Shown: one piece after another, positions 1 through 12,975 of the stretch | Numbering within the stretch: the first letter of the stretch is position 1 | Layout: each line of letters opens with the position of its first letter | Assembly (NCBI GenBank): GCA_973895155.1 | Contig: OZ316894.1 | Coordinates: 19,782,351-19,846,350 of the forward strand | From: Marsupella aquatica | Taxonomy: Eukaryota; Plantae; Marchantiophyta | Direction: 5' to 3' | Length of the DNA stretch: 64,000 bases | The notes under the pieces: generated by a model | Told to the model about the DNA's origin: nothing | The model's database searches: none | The model's input: only the letters and a program-made list of their open reading frames with translations | Translations under genes and position numbers: made by a program

Positions 1-50
1 GGCAGAGCAAAAAGTTGTGAATGGCAATGCTTTCGAAAACAGAGGGAGTC

Positions 51-463
51 TATATATACTCTACACGAAGAGAGACTCGAAATCGAGCGTAGCCAAAATC
101 TGGCGTTCGAGATCGACAGAAATGGACCGTCCATCTCGACGATAGACGGCCTAGATTGAACGAATCATCTACGACGTCGAGTTTTGTGACGAGACATTCG
201 TTCGATTCGCACGAAGAAGAAGATGACTGTTGTTTTCCATCTGAGTACGTTTGTCAAGTCAGCAAGTGACACGTCCCGAGGTGGCGGTGGCAGGTGTTGG
301 GGCCTGATTGGGAGAGCTGAGTCATCCGGTCTGGTGCACTAGAATAGGGACACGTATGGAGGGTGAGTTGGAAATCGGAGTGACATTTCGCGGCATTATT
401 CTCTTCTCGCTCTTCCGAGAACATCGCAAGGGCTCCGAAGAAGTGGGGATGTCGACACGTGGC
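51..463 (-). promoter_or_regulatory. Possible ABA-responsive promoter of a gene lying left of the window
   Basis: TATATATA at 51-58. ACGTGTC ABRE-type motifs on the minus strand at 268-274 and 349-355, and GACACGTGGC (G-box/ABRE) at 454-463. The gene itself is not in the window. Confidence 0.3.
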
Positions 464-2012
464 AGAGTAACTTGTGGGCTGTTGGTTTTGTGGAGCTGAA
501 CTAGGGTACTGGAACGTGATGATGGCGGCAAATGTCGTGTGTGTCAAGCGTGGGCTCGTTGGGCGCTGAGTTCCCAGTGCGGAGGTGTCCTTTCCTTCAT
601 CGTGATGAACGTGTAGGGTATTAATTAAAACCCATCGTCCCAAGGGATGTAATTATGCTGGTAATACTAATATACAATGTGCACTACTGTAGTATTTAAA
701 AAAAATAACTATATTTATCATGGTATAGAATGAATGTGGTACACACTCTATATGGCATATTGTTTTATGTGCAGTTTTGAGACCCATGTAATAACGGGTC
801 TCAAATATTTAAGCCTTCTGGATGTTTTATTTTTATTTTTATGGCAATTGACCTTGTTAGTGTTCACGCAGACTGTGCACAGCGACCGACAATCTGGGGC
901 AGGGGTTTGCAATACTGAGACACCCCAGGGCAGTCTGCATTTGGACTTTCAAGACTGTTGGGTGATCCCAAAACGGCCAGGGATACAAGTGCCGAGAGTG
1001 CCGACCATATCTATTTTGAAATTTGGTATACACAGTCGCGAAAAACAGCTAAACACCGAAGCCTGGTCTTGTCAACCACCCTCCTGGTTGCCCGTCACTT
1101 TTTGGACCATGGCCATTCCAACCACAACGCGGATGCCAGTATTTCACCGCAGCCTGAATATTTACTCCCTAATCTCTGAGGGAGGTTAGGCGGAGGAGAT
1201 TACACCTATGGCCTTGTGCAATTTTACTCTGTTTTTGACCTCACAATCCTCTAAGCAGGTTAATTAGGGGACCTACTGTAAGTTTCATAACCCAACTGAA
1301 GGGCTGGCTGCAGTAGGGGATTATGTTTCATAATTATCCCTAGAATAATAAGAGAAAATTACATGAGGGGTTTATGTATACAGTAAAGTCCTGTTTGCAG
1401 GGCATATTATGAGATATAATACCCGCAAAAAAATAGCGCCACTTGAGTTTTTAGGGGATATTATTGCACACAATGCTCCAAAAACAGGACCTTAGTACAC
1501 TTCAGGCCTGAGAGATTTTTATTTATTCTAACTTTAGGTCTGATTCAGGTCTTGCCCCAAGCATTGTGGTCCAGAATTCCATGAAAAATACAGAAGGAAA
1601 ATTCATGAGGGGCATCCCCAAGGGGGCTATGGGAGCCCTTATATAGAGGGTTATTATGGGATATAATAATAATATAGGGGGTTATCGTGGGAATATAGTC
1701 ATTGAGGGCGGTAAGCTTGAGAGGGGTTACGGATTCACAAGCATAAGCCAGGGTGTAGTTTTATTCTATTCTTGACCGAGTACTGGTGCCTGAAATTTGA
1801 TAACCTCCGGACCAGGCTGGCAGGCGGTAATGGCTGATAACCATCCATAGAAATAAAGAGAGAAAAGTACACTATGGGTTACTTTACATTTAGAGTTGTT
1901 GTCCATTGGGTGCTGAAATTCAATGTTGTTTGTCATAGTGAGCTGCCCAGCTTGCCCAAAAGATGAAGAACATTTTTTTCAGGTTTGTTTCACAGGGTGA
2001 CAAATAGGACCT

Positions 2013-2030
2013 TGTGTGTGTGTGTGTGTG
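2013..2030. repeat. (TG)n microsatellite
   Basis: tgtgtgtgtgtgtgtgtg read directly. Confidence 0.9.
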
Positions 2031-3465
2031 AGAGTGACAAGATGCTAAGAATATTTCTTACTAAACTTTATGAAGTCAAATTTTGACTGGTACATTTCCC
2101 TAGATTTAAGTATAACCATGAGATCCTAGCTAATTATGGCAAAGTACTGGCAGACAAAAAGACCAAAGATTTTTTGCTAAATTGGCAAAAACTTTTCAGA
2201 GAGGTGAAATCCAGCGGATTTTTGCAGGGGATTTTGCTGCCAAAATAAACTTTTCTTGTGAATTAGAACCCAAGAGTAAGTGTGCTCCCTGGCTGTTAGC
2301 CGCAAGGGACACCAGAGTCCCTGAGCGTTGGACCCAGAACCCAATGGTTCCAAACATTCCATGGATTCCCTATTAAGCTCCCTTATGCGCTAGCCTGATA
2401 GTCACAAATTCATTCTCCATCAGTGTTTGCTCCCAAAGATACACGCTATTTTAATATGTTTTCAAGATTTGAGAAGTCCTATCCATGCTCAATCCATGGT
2501 GTTCATTAGGTCTACATGAAAAGTGGCAATGAGGTATATCCAATGCTACTTAGTAAAAATCCTGTGGCAGGGGCTGTTATCAAGAGATATCATTGCTCAT
2601 AGTGCTCAAATCAAATGAGTTACACAAATTAAACTACAGTACACACTCTAATCGTGTGAAACAGTATACAAATGAACCACACAGATTATCCATGAGATGT
2701 AGAAGGAATCACATGTGACTTTTTACATTCACTTTTTACATTCACTTGATAATGTGACTTTTTACATTCACTTGCATCAAGTGTGCATGTGACAATAAGA
2801 ATAATAATCATCTTCACACTAGGGTGGAAATTATAGAAATCAAACCCGGCCTAGTAAATTGCTTTGGGAGAAAAATTGTTCCCAAATTTCTGTAACTGAT
2901 TTTCATGTCTCGATCAGAACACCTTGCCCACCTTAACATTGGTGTGATGCCATCAAATGCGAATGGACACACCAATGAATTTTGTACAATAGAAATTATT
3001 TTTGTAAAGTTTATGAAGCAGGGAAGGAATCACTACTGGATAATGGATTCATAGTTAGTAAGATGTTTCTCCCTGTGTTTCCTTTGTATTTTTTTCTGGG
3101 TTTTGGAGGGCACAATTCCCTCCACCTTCTCATATAAGGCCCCGACTTCTCCTCACATCCAAGACTCTCAGTCCATTGTTCCTCACTAAATCTTGATTCA
3201 ATCTACTTCCTATAAAGTTCTTTAACCGGGCTTTGATAGGATAGCATTCCCCACTACCCTAGCTCTCAGGGCTAGAGCCCACAAGGCTGGGTGATTGATA
3301 TCCCACATAGCCCTTGGTAAAGAGAATTTTCACTCTAGCTTGGTCCATTGATATATGGAGGGTAAAGTCCTACCATGGTGTCCCTTGCATTATCATATGT
3401 ACAGAAACCTATAGTGGACACCAGCCACCGCCAATTCAACACAGCTGTACAATAGAGCAATGCAA

Positions 3466-6400
3466 CTAGTGCTTTTGTAATCGTAATTGTTCCTGCAAAA
3501 TTAATGGAATTTGTCTTGGTAAACTTATTTTCTCCCAATGAACTTGAAATCAAATCATGGGAAATCTTCATCACATGGAAGTTTATGAAATTGCAAATAT
3601 GCACTAGAAATCCTCATCAGCATATATTACTCCGCTATATCATGACTAACAGTTTTCAAGTGTCATAGCGTTAATTTTCATACCCACATAAAGAGCCTGA
3701 CTCACAATACATGGAAGTGCATTCATCAGGCCAACAACTTCACATACCTCGGTTACAAATACTGAGTGAAAGCCATATGGCACTCTTGAGGGCATTTCAA
3801 TAACTGCAACAGGATCGGATGACATTGTTTTTGCATCAATCACAAGCACCTCAGATTTGCTGCAAAAGGTCATGCAATCAAACAGTTCGTCATCAGAAAT
3901 AAATAACTTTTTGTTGTCAGCAGCCAGTGGCGATCAATATATCTTGGCATGACAACTAAAATTGATATTTGGGAAATTAAATCTACTGAGAGACAACTTC
4001 CTGACCTATGCAAATGAAGGGACTGTTTGATTGATTTAGAGCAAGGTTGCCTGGAGGCAGATGAGGGGGGGGGGGGGGGGGTGGTGGTGCGCGGTGACGG
4101 GTATGAGAAGCTCTGAACCCAAATTCCAAACATGTAAGGGAAAATGGAAGTGTGCAAGGTGGCAGGAAGTACAGGGGGTGAGGGAGTGTATGGACGCCGG
4201 GTGCAGGGGTACCAAATCCCATGCACTTCCTGGAGCCTCTCTCCTATACTCTCTGTATTGTATTGGGCCTGACATCTTACATTAATTGCACCATACTCTT
4301 TGGAGAGCACTAAATGGCATCTGTGCAAGGGTGAGAAACACGGTTACAGTATCCCCTTCCCCTTCTGCAACCCATGGAACCTTGTTCTCAAATCTCCACT
4401 GTCCCCTGAGCTGTGGGAGGACAAAAGAGTTTTGACTATTTATGGTAACCTGGATCCACCAGGTTTTGCTTCAGGGACAATGGCTATTGTGGCTCTCACC
4501 CCATGTATGATAGCAATCAGCATAATTTTCCCTCATTTCTTGTTTAGCTAGTTTGGTAAATGTCAGTCTCTGTAAAGGAGAAGACGCTAGGAATATAACT
4601 CCTGTGTTTCCTGAATTACTGATCTCTCTAGATTTAAGGATGTCTACTAGATTCTGGCGAATGGGGTCTAATGACTAGGTGAGAAACTTGCTAATGGGAT
4701 ACAAACCATTTAGCAAAGTTTTGCCAAAAGTGACAAAAACTTTGTGGGGAGGTGGAATCTTGCAAACATTTGCATCTAAAAATACACTGATAGATCTAAA
4801 TCATTGCTGAACCAGTTTGAATGCTATGCACATGCCAGAAATTTAAGGGCTCTCATTATCTAGACTCCCCATCCCGTCCTTACTCTAAAGCAGTCTAAAT
4901 ATCAGATTTTGCTCTTACTAGAAGAATTCCAGCCTATAGCTTCATTCTACTGAAAATATCATGAACAGTAGACTTTGATCACAAATTGCAGCATACTTAG
5001 ATGTGACTAGCCCAAGTGCCCCATTTTTCGAACATAAATTGAGGTGAGGACATTCATGCCCATTGAGCTAATAAAGTGACTATCTAGAGGCTTCACTCTA
5101 AACTGTAGGTTCTGAAGAGGGGTTTTCGATTGCAATTATGTAGTTAGCGTACTTGTGTGCTCCTCTGCCCCCAGCTATGGAACCTTGTTCTTAAACTCTC
5201 GTTTTGAAGACCCAAGGGATTTCGAAGGATGAAAAACTCACGATGTGTTTTCGTCAAATACGTGACAGAGAATGTATCCGTCGTCTTCGTCGAAATCCCT
5301 TCCAGGATTCCGGGGAACAAACACAGGCTCCGATCCCCAACGCCGATGCCCATTCCAAAATACACCCGCCACATTCCCTCCTACCTCCAGTTTTTCTTTG
5401 CCGAACTCGGGCTCTTTCGTCAAATCGTACTTTGCTATTCCCAATGAGTGAGCTTGGTTTTGTGACACAGCTGTGTAGACATATCTGTTCTTTCTGCAGA
5501 ACAGTGGCGAGCTCGGGAGTGTTAATACCTTCCAGTTCTTTGGTCTGTGCGATTAGTCGGTCTAAATCCAAGTATGAGATTGAGTATCTGTTATTCGGAA
5601 GTGCATTCAATTCCAGAGCGACAATGCAGATATCTTTCTGACGCTCGTAGGATTTCCACATCTCATCATAATGCTGAAACTCAAATTGAAACAGTTGGCA
5701 ATGAATAGTCTCCTCTCCAAAACTAAACCTTCCATGCAATCGACCCCATATAATTTCCATTGGCATGATCTGGCTATAGCTTACCGGCCGAGATAATTCT
5801 CGTTAATTCTGGGAAATTCAGCATTAATCTCTCCCAGGCTTCTCTCCGTAGTCTCTCCTGTCTTCAAGTTGATCCGATACTCATGCCTGTGCATGTTACA
5901 TAATTAAAGGTCGATTAACAGAAGATTCCGATTTTCAAACCCATAGTGTAGCACCTTCGCATCAGATCAACAAGAGAATTGCTTGTGAAAACCGATTGCT
6001 ATTTGAAGAATGTCGTAATTGGATTAAGCAACAACAGAGATGCCCATATAGAGAGCTCATGATATTGGCAGCGCTTAGTTTGATTGCAATTCAATCTAAA
6101 CGAAGTTTTATCAGAGGATCAGCTTCGATACTAATCAATTGTAGACGACCTGTCATTGTACTCGAGAATCTGACTCCCACTTTCACCGTAAAAATAAATG
6201 ATTCACAGTTTCGTCTCTACTTGAGTCAGTGTCATTTGGCAAACTGTTTACAATAATTAATGAGGTCTGCGTTTTTATTAAAAAGGACAATCAAGACGTT
6301 AAAAGGAATAAGGGAACTCAGTAAAGGAGGGATAGGTTGCTTTACAATCTTGGGCACGCATCATTGATCCAGAGCATATTCAATTTTTGCATTCGGCATG

Positions 6401-9400
6401 TCGTTAAAACGATTTCATCTCCTTCTTGCCATCCATTTGCTGCAAGACATGCACAGCGCAGATATTAAAATCTTCAGGAAGAAATTCACTCCCAAGCCTA
6501 ATATTCCGAGTGATTGAAGAATTGGATGATGCAAATTTTATCTTCAGGAGCAGCCTATTATCTGGAAGACATTAGCTTCATCACCAAGACTTGAATCTTT
6601 GCAAACAAAATAGAGTCATAAGCTTACAGGCAATATGGAAAGAGAGACAGAAATTGGGATCAGTGATAGGAATCCTAGCTCACCGATATGGAAATTAACA
6701 GCCGAAGTAAACTCAAACCATCGCATCTGAGATTCATCCTTGGCATACTTCGGTAAGATGCCAAAACGAAAAGGCGTATTTTCATTGTGTATGAATGCAA
6801 ATTGATCCTTTCTGATCATACCCTGAAAAGATAATGATAAAGAAACCCAAAAGTTAATAAGCCAATTACAAGATAATGTATAATTATCAAGTTAAGTTCC
6901 ACGATTGTAAGACTTCGCTTTCCAAGTTCCTAGAAAATTCACATTTCAATTCTGTTGCAGAAGTTCGGTTAAAGATACGGAAGAGAAGACTCTGTCCAAC
7001 GAGTGTTTCGGCTGAAGTTAGATACCTCGGGATCGAAGTTTAGAGGGCAATCCATGAAGACGACGTAGTCATCAGTAATGGCAAAGTCGTGCACCATTCT
7101 TGGTCCTGACAGCGTGATAGGAACGGGATCTCCCATCTTTCCATCTTTTGATATAACATTGTATGTTAAATATGGGGGTTTCAGGACGTAGCCGTATGAA
7201 AACACCTCCCCTGGTCAAGAAAAAGTTTCATTGAGTTGAGGACCAGTGAGAATGACAATCATACAGAATGGACCTGTCGGCTATAATTATTCTAGACTAT
7301 GAGGAGCCAATTAAACATATCATTACAATGGAAGTCAATCTACAATTCAACCCCTGTATTAATGTGTTCAAGCGCCAAAACAAACCTGTGTCCGGATCAA
7401 TTTTCGGGTGTGCTGTGAAGGGATGATCCAGTTTTTTGTCAAAGTCATGGCGTGAAATAGTCTCGAAGTCACCGTCCTCAAGTATCCGTATAGCATCTGT
7501 GAGGAAACAATCAGTTGAGGACCAAACACAAAAGTTAGACAATATCACCGGGAATATCACTTATTCTGTGCATAATTCTTGAGGGAATGACTGGAAGGTT
7601 TCAGAAATCAGACAAGCTAAGTACCCAAGAAAATAGAAATATCTCAAATGTTACAGATCAGGCAATTAACAGTGGGCAGGTTTGTATTTTGATTGATGGT
7701 ACGTGCAACAGGGCCAATTGGGATGAAATTTCAAGTTTGGCTGTGTAAAAGCGTAGAGAAGACAGGTACTTGAACTCATACATGGCATATCTGTCTCGCT
7801 TAGAGCTAGCAGTGTCCCGTTGTGATACGACAACGAAGTATTTGCTGCACAGAATAGAGTCATTCCACAACAACGTTGAGTCCACAAAAACTTCCTGATA
7901 GACGTATAGACGAAGTGATGCTTGCAAACAAAATTATACTGACATAACTATAGATATTAAAGATCTATATATATATGCCAGCTGATGATTTTCGATTTGC
8001 AATCTATTATATTCTCGGAACAGATCGATAGTATGACATTAAGGGTCGAACACTCACAATCACTTACCAGTGCCTTCTCCCTGAGATGTATCCAACGCAC
8101 CCAGTTTCTCTCGGAGCGCATATATACCGACAGTAATAAGTGCTTTAAAGCCAACCAGATCTCCACTCTGCAAGATTGAAGCAATCAACCGGATTTGAGC
8201 AAGTTGATTTTTCAATTATCGATGAATTGAACAGGTTCAAGGGATTTTGGTGGGCGAAATCGAAGATCCGAGTGTCAAGATTGAGAAGGAGATAGGAACA
8301 AACCCTCCTGAACTTCGGAGCACCCCAATACTCCTCCTGCATCAATCGCGATGTCCTCACATAGCGACAAGCGTATGTCACCTCTCCGTCCTTGATTTTG
8401 ACGCCATGCAACATTCTGGAATCAAAATATGATCCAAACTAAATACTGAGACACAAACATCTTTAAGCATAGACCAAATTGGAATAAGATTGCTGGACGT
8501 TTTAGCAGTAGCAGAGACCGTTTAGAAGTAACACAGATGCAACAGAGAAGTGTTGACTCTCGGACTACATTCCGTCAAGGACTACTGCTTTTGTGATCAT
8601 GGCTTGAGCTACAAAACTATGGTTGTTCAAATGATAAACATACCCGTCTCCATCAAACCTGCAGAACACAAAGAAAGAAAAACAGAGTAAATAATCAGGG
8701 ATTACAAGTTCAACATGTCGGAAAGTATGTGATTGGCACGCAGAACTTATTTTCCTGTCACCATGAACAAAACAGACTTCCTATCTCGTTAACAAATTAA
8801 TCTGACAACGTGACGAGCGAAGAAGAGGACACAAACGCATAGAACGAATTGTCGAACCAGGCCACTATTCAATTATTCCAGTTTTTCGCGAGAATATCAT
8901 CATCAACGTGTCTACAGAGATCAGTAATTCAAGCGTTCACCCTCTTGAAATTCTCGCAGTATCTGTTTTGAACGGTAGAATGAATAGTGAGTTAGAGGCC
9001 GCGCGTCAATTACCAGTGATATTTCGCCACGGGCATGAGCTTCGGATTTGGTCCCACTCGAATGAACTCGCCATTCAAACATTCCTGTACGTGAGACACC
9101 CTTAGATGGCGCTTCTGGATCTCTCTAATCTTTAATTGGAAGGTAAAATGCGAACAATAAACTCCCGAAGAACGGAACGTTTTGGTGGCAGAAAGTTGAA
9201 TTATTACTCACAGGGAGGTGGCCCTTCACTGTCAGAACACGCTGAGGTGCAGACTCCTCCACCGGTGCGTAATTGCCAAGCATATAGAAATTGGTTGGCT
9301 TTTCGTAACCATAGCAAGCCCGTAGCATGGCATATTCGAGTGCGTCACAAAATAGATTCGATACAGAAGCGTAGAAAGGAAACGTGACCTTCTGGCGGTC

Positions 9401-9838
9401 AACATGCTCCTTGGGTTCAGGCTTAGTAGTGGGCAACTTCAAGGGCTGGAGAAGGTCCAGGGTGTGAGTTTTTCTAGAAGCTTCACGCAATTGTCGACCT
9501 GCATATATACAATTCTGTTAAATAGTGATTCTACATCCGGACGATCCCCAAAATGCATCAAAGACAGCAGGAAAACCATCACATGTAGTTAGAGATCGGA
9601 GCAAAGTCTCACCGATAGTTTTCACTACACTAACGGGACCAATTTTCGTAGATTTCTGTGCACATCTTACGGAGAGTTTTGGCACTTTGGGCGATGGTGT
9701 TAATCCATTCGACTGGGTTGTCCCACGGCGATAGAGGAGGAGTTTTCCTTCATCACATCGTAGACTTCCAGTGGGGAAATCACCACAAAACGAAGTTGAG
9801 GGCAAGCCTGCGACACGGGCAGCTATTGCTCCTGCCAT
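3466..9838 (-). CDS. CCD1: Carotenoid cleavage dioxygenase, CCD1-like (RPE65 family), ~631 aa, 15 exons
   Basis: GT-AG exons: 9838-9613, 9498-9212, 9084-9014, 8658-8644, 8415-8304, 8167-8068, 7844-7782, 7496-7386, 7210-7026, 6822-6684, 6439-6346, 5886-5785, 5493-5242, 3859-3748, 3492-3466 (1896 nt, frame intact). Motifs [47 protein letters not shown]. All four Fe-binding His present ([24 protein letters not shown]). Confidence 0.92.
4039..5190. mobile_element. Putative PIF/Harbinger (Tourist-like) non-autonomous insertion in CCD intron 13
   Basis: Left end TTA|GAGCAAGGTTGCCTGGAGGCAGA and right end TCTGCCCCCAGCTATGGAACCTTGTTC|TTA form an imperfect TIR with a TTA target duplication. A second right-end copy lies near 4375-4388. 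The insertion explains the 1.4-kb intron. Confidence 0.5.
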
Positions 9839-10949
9839 AATTTCTGTCCGAACAGTACCCGCCCCAAAGTAATTTGCGCTCGAAAATCTGGGGCTGATCT
9901 CCTTCCTACTTTGCCATGATGGCCAATGAAGTGAGCCCAAATTATCGTTTTTTTATCCTTTTGCATGTACTGTCAGCTCATGCTGCAACGTAACATGAAC
10001 CCAGTGGAGTACCTCTGATCGCATCGCATTGCATACGAGCGGACTATGTATGTAGCGGGAGCAGTAGAGTGTTTAGCACACGAACGAAGGGTCCTGTGAT
10101 GAGATTTCCACGGTCGCTAGAACGTCAGGTGCCGTGGCCTTCGGGCTCCTAGATGTCTCACTTGGTATCGTGTTGGTCTGTATATATATATAGTGCGGCA
10201 TGTTGGTGACTTGTACGCTACTTGCGTGATGCTGTTTCTCATTGGCTTTCAATTCACGTGATTGATTCTCCTGTTGCAAACAAAAAACAGGAGACTCGAC
10301 TAGCTTGTGGAGAGTGAATCCTAGCTACAAAATCTCTAGGATTACGAAGCAAAAACGATTTGATTTCGGAATGACGGTACCAAAACGCACTTCATGAAGT
10401 AAAGATTCTACACAAGTTGCTAGAGATCTGACTCTTCTGTGGGCCTCCCTCGATGTAAGAATGATTTTAGGATAATATTGCTATAATACTACGGTAGCCC
10501 TGACCGCTTCGAATCCTTCGATGTAAGCCTGAGTTTTACTATTGTTAGTGGAGCTCTGACTCTGCTGTTTCGAGTACGTTACACACAACACAGCCCAATT
10601 GTCAATTATCCTTCAATCCCTCTTTCTATCCGTCAGTACTTTTCTCCAAGCTTAGTCAGATCCTGTTGAGTCCACACTTTACAGACTTAGCTTATTGGCT
10701 TGTGGTTTCGTAACGGAGTGACTTACCTAACAGCACATGTGACCAGCTTTCCCAAACGAAATCAATGCTTGTCTCGGCAGGGTAGAGTTGTTGGAGCAAG
10801 GCAAGGAGATCGAGTAAAGGCGGCATTCGGGCAGGCAAGGTGATAGAAATGAGTTGGACGGCCAGATTTGGACATGGAACGAAGATTCCTGGCTTGCTCT
10901 TTGCTCTGATTCGATATTTCAAATTGGGGTATTGGGGATAACCATGGTC

Positions 10950-11560
10950 AAGTGTTAATCCTAGCTGGCTTTGGTTGTCATATTGGCAAACTGGGCATAA
11001 TCATGCTGAAGTGTTACTCCTAGCTGGCTTTGGTTGTCATATTGGCAAACTGGGCATAATCATGCTGAAGTGTTACTCCTAGCTGGCTTTGGTCAGTTGG
11101 CCTGGGGATGAGCCTAGAGTGGACAAGGTCCCAGGTTCAAGGACAGGAGGGTATGTATGTGTGGTGGGGTGTAGTGGTGGGAGTCCTGGTTTCTTCTTAG
11201 TGGTCCGTTTTGGGGTCCTGGTTCAACCCGTGTTACTCCTAGCTGGCTTTGGTCAGTTGGCCTGGGGATGAGCCTAGAGTGGACAAGGTCCCAGGTTCAA
11301 GGACAGGAGGGTATGTATGTGTGGTGGGGTGTAGTGGTGGGAGTCCTGGTTTCTTCTTAGTGGTCCGTTTTGGGGTCCTGGTTCAACCCTCTCCTGCTGG
11401 TTTAGGTCCCTATCAGATTCCTGGGTACTGTCTCCTTGTAGCTGCCTTACATAGAATCACATGCTCAGGAGCAATACATTGCTGGTCTAGGTCCCTATCA
11501 AATTCTAAGGTATTGTCCCCTTGTGGCTGCCTTACATAGAATTGCATGCTCAGGAGCAAT
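10950..11560. repeat. Nested local tandem duplications (59-bp, 160-bp and ~86-bp units)
   Basis: 59-bp unit starts near 10951, 11010 and 11069. A 160-bp unit repeats at 11070-11229 and 11230-11389 (identical translations in ORFs 11089 and 11249). An ~86-bp unit repeats within 11405-11560. Confidence 0.9.
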
Positions 11561-12734
11561 TTGTCTATCATATATTAATCCTCTGTTGGATGGGTCTGCT
11601 TGGCTCTCAAGGCGAAAAGTGTAGTTTTAACTACAGAGAGCTACTGTAGGAGGTCCACTTGAAAGCCATTGGTGTACAGTTCTAACTGTTGGCCAATGTT
11701 GAATCACGTCTGAAATTAGGACTCTTGTGCATAAGAATGCAAAATTTGCATGATTTTGGTTGCTCTTCTTTTGTTCTTCACTGTAGGGTCATTGTAGCAT
11801 GTGAGGAAACAGTAAAAGTTTTACAGGCATGTGCAAATTTTTTCCTCACATGACCCCTAATTTTTCTATATCCAACTGACTCGCTAGTTACAACAACCTG
11901 GTTGATAACATACATTTTTGGGACTCCACTTTTTGCTAGGGAACTTGCTAGCCATCTGGAATCATAAAAAACACAAAAAATATAAAAGACAGCAAAAAGC
12001 AGAAAAAAATTAAAATTACTAGTGTCTGGCTAACAACACTCTCTTCCCTAACAAACTTCCTGTTTGCCCACATTATACAATACCTCTTCAGTGCATAACT
12101 TTTCTTGGTCATGTACTGTGTGGACTCACTACCTGACTACTGTAGCTTCTGAAGCCGTATTGATCTCCATTGTAAGGTCAGCCCCATATAGTGCTTGCAA
12201 ATTCTGAGATTCAACTTGTCTGTTGAAAGAACTGATGGACAAGTTGTTGTGTTGTCAGACACGACAACTTATTATTTGTTTCGTTGGCTCCAAGAGGGGT
12301 CATCTGTCGCATATTTGCCAATATTCCCCAGCCGGCCCCAAACTTTCCCGACCCTCTCCCGGCCCAGTCCCGAACTTTCCCGACCCCCTCCCGGCCCGGT
12401 CCCGGACTCCCCCAGTTGGTGGGGCTGGGACAACTGGGTGTGACAAATTTCATTTGTCAGGGTCCAGACCCATTGTTTGTCGGACAAGTCCAAACCGGGG
12501 GAAAGCCTGTAGGCTCAACATTCAACCCCAACTCAACCAATAACCTTAACCATGTGTTACGTTGAGGCTCAAACTACCCACAATTGAAGGCAGGTGGGGT
12601 ATACACTTTGAAACTAGGGTGAGGCAGGTCAAGGCTTTCCCTTCAGCCCCTTATTTTTTAGATGGATAACTTGGTCCCTTAACTAAGCTGGGTTACCTAC
12701 TAACTTACCCTAAACCCACAACTGAGGTCCCCTC

Positions 12735-12975
12735 CCTTCTGAGTCTTTCAAACTTGTCTGCATGTCTTTCACCCCTCTTCAGTCTTTCAAATTTGAGAAT
12801 ATCTTTCACCAATCTTGACTCTTTCCAAGAGTCTTTCCAAGTAATGTAGGAATCAATGTGTTTCACCACTATTGATTCTTTAATTTGTGAATATCTTTCA
12901 CCACTCTCGAGTCCTTCCAAGAGTCTTTCCAAGTAACGTGTGAATCAATGTGTTTCACCACTATTGATTCTTTCA
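12735..12975. repeat. Degenerate tandem repeat (GAGTCTTTCCAAG / AATCAATGTGTTTCACCACTATTGATTC)
   Basis: A ~92-bp unit is repeated, and a related motif recurs near 15810-15840. Confidence 0.7.

Noticed and set aside
690-3330. TE-like intergenic block
   Set aside because: Probably repetitive, but I could not identify termini or coding motifs.
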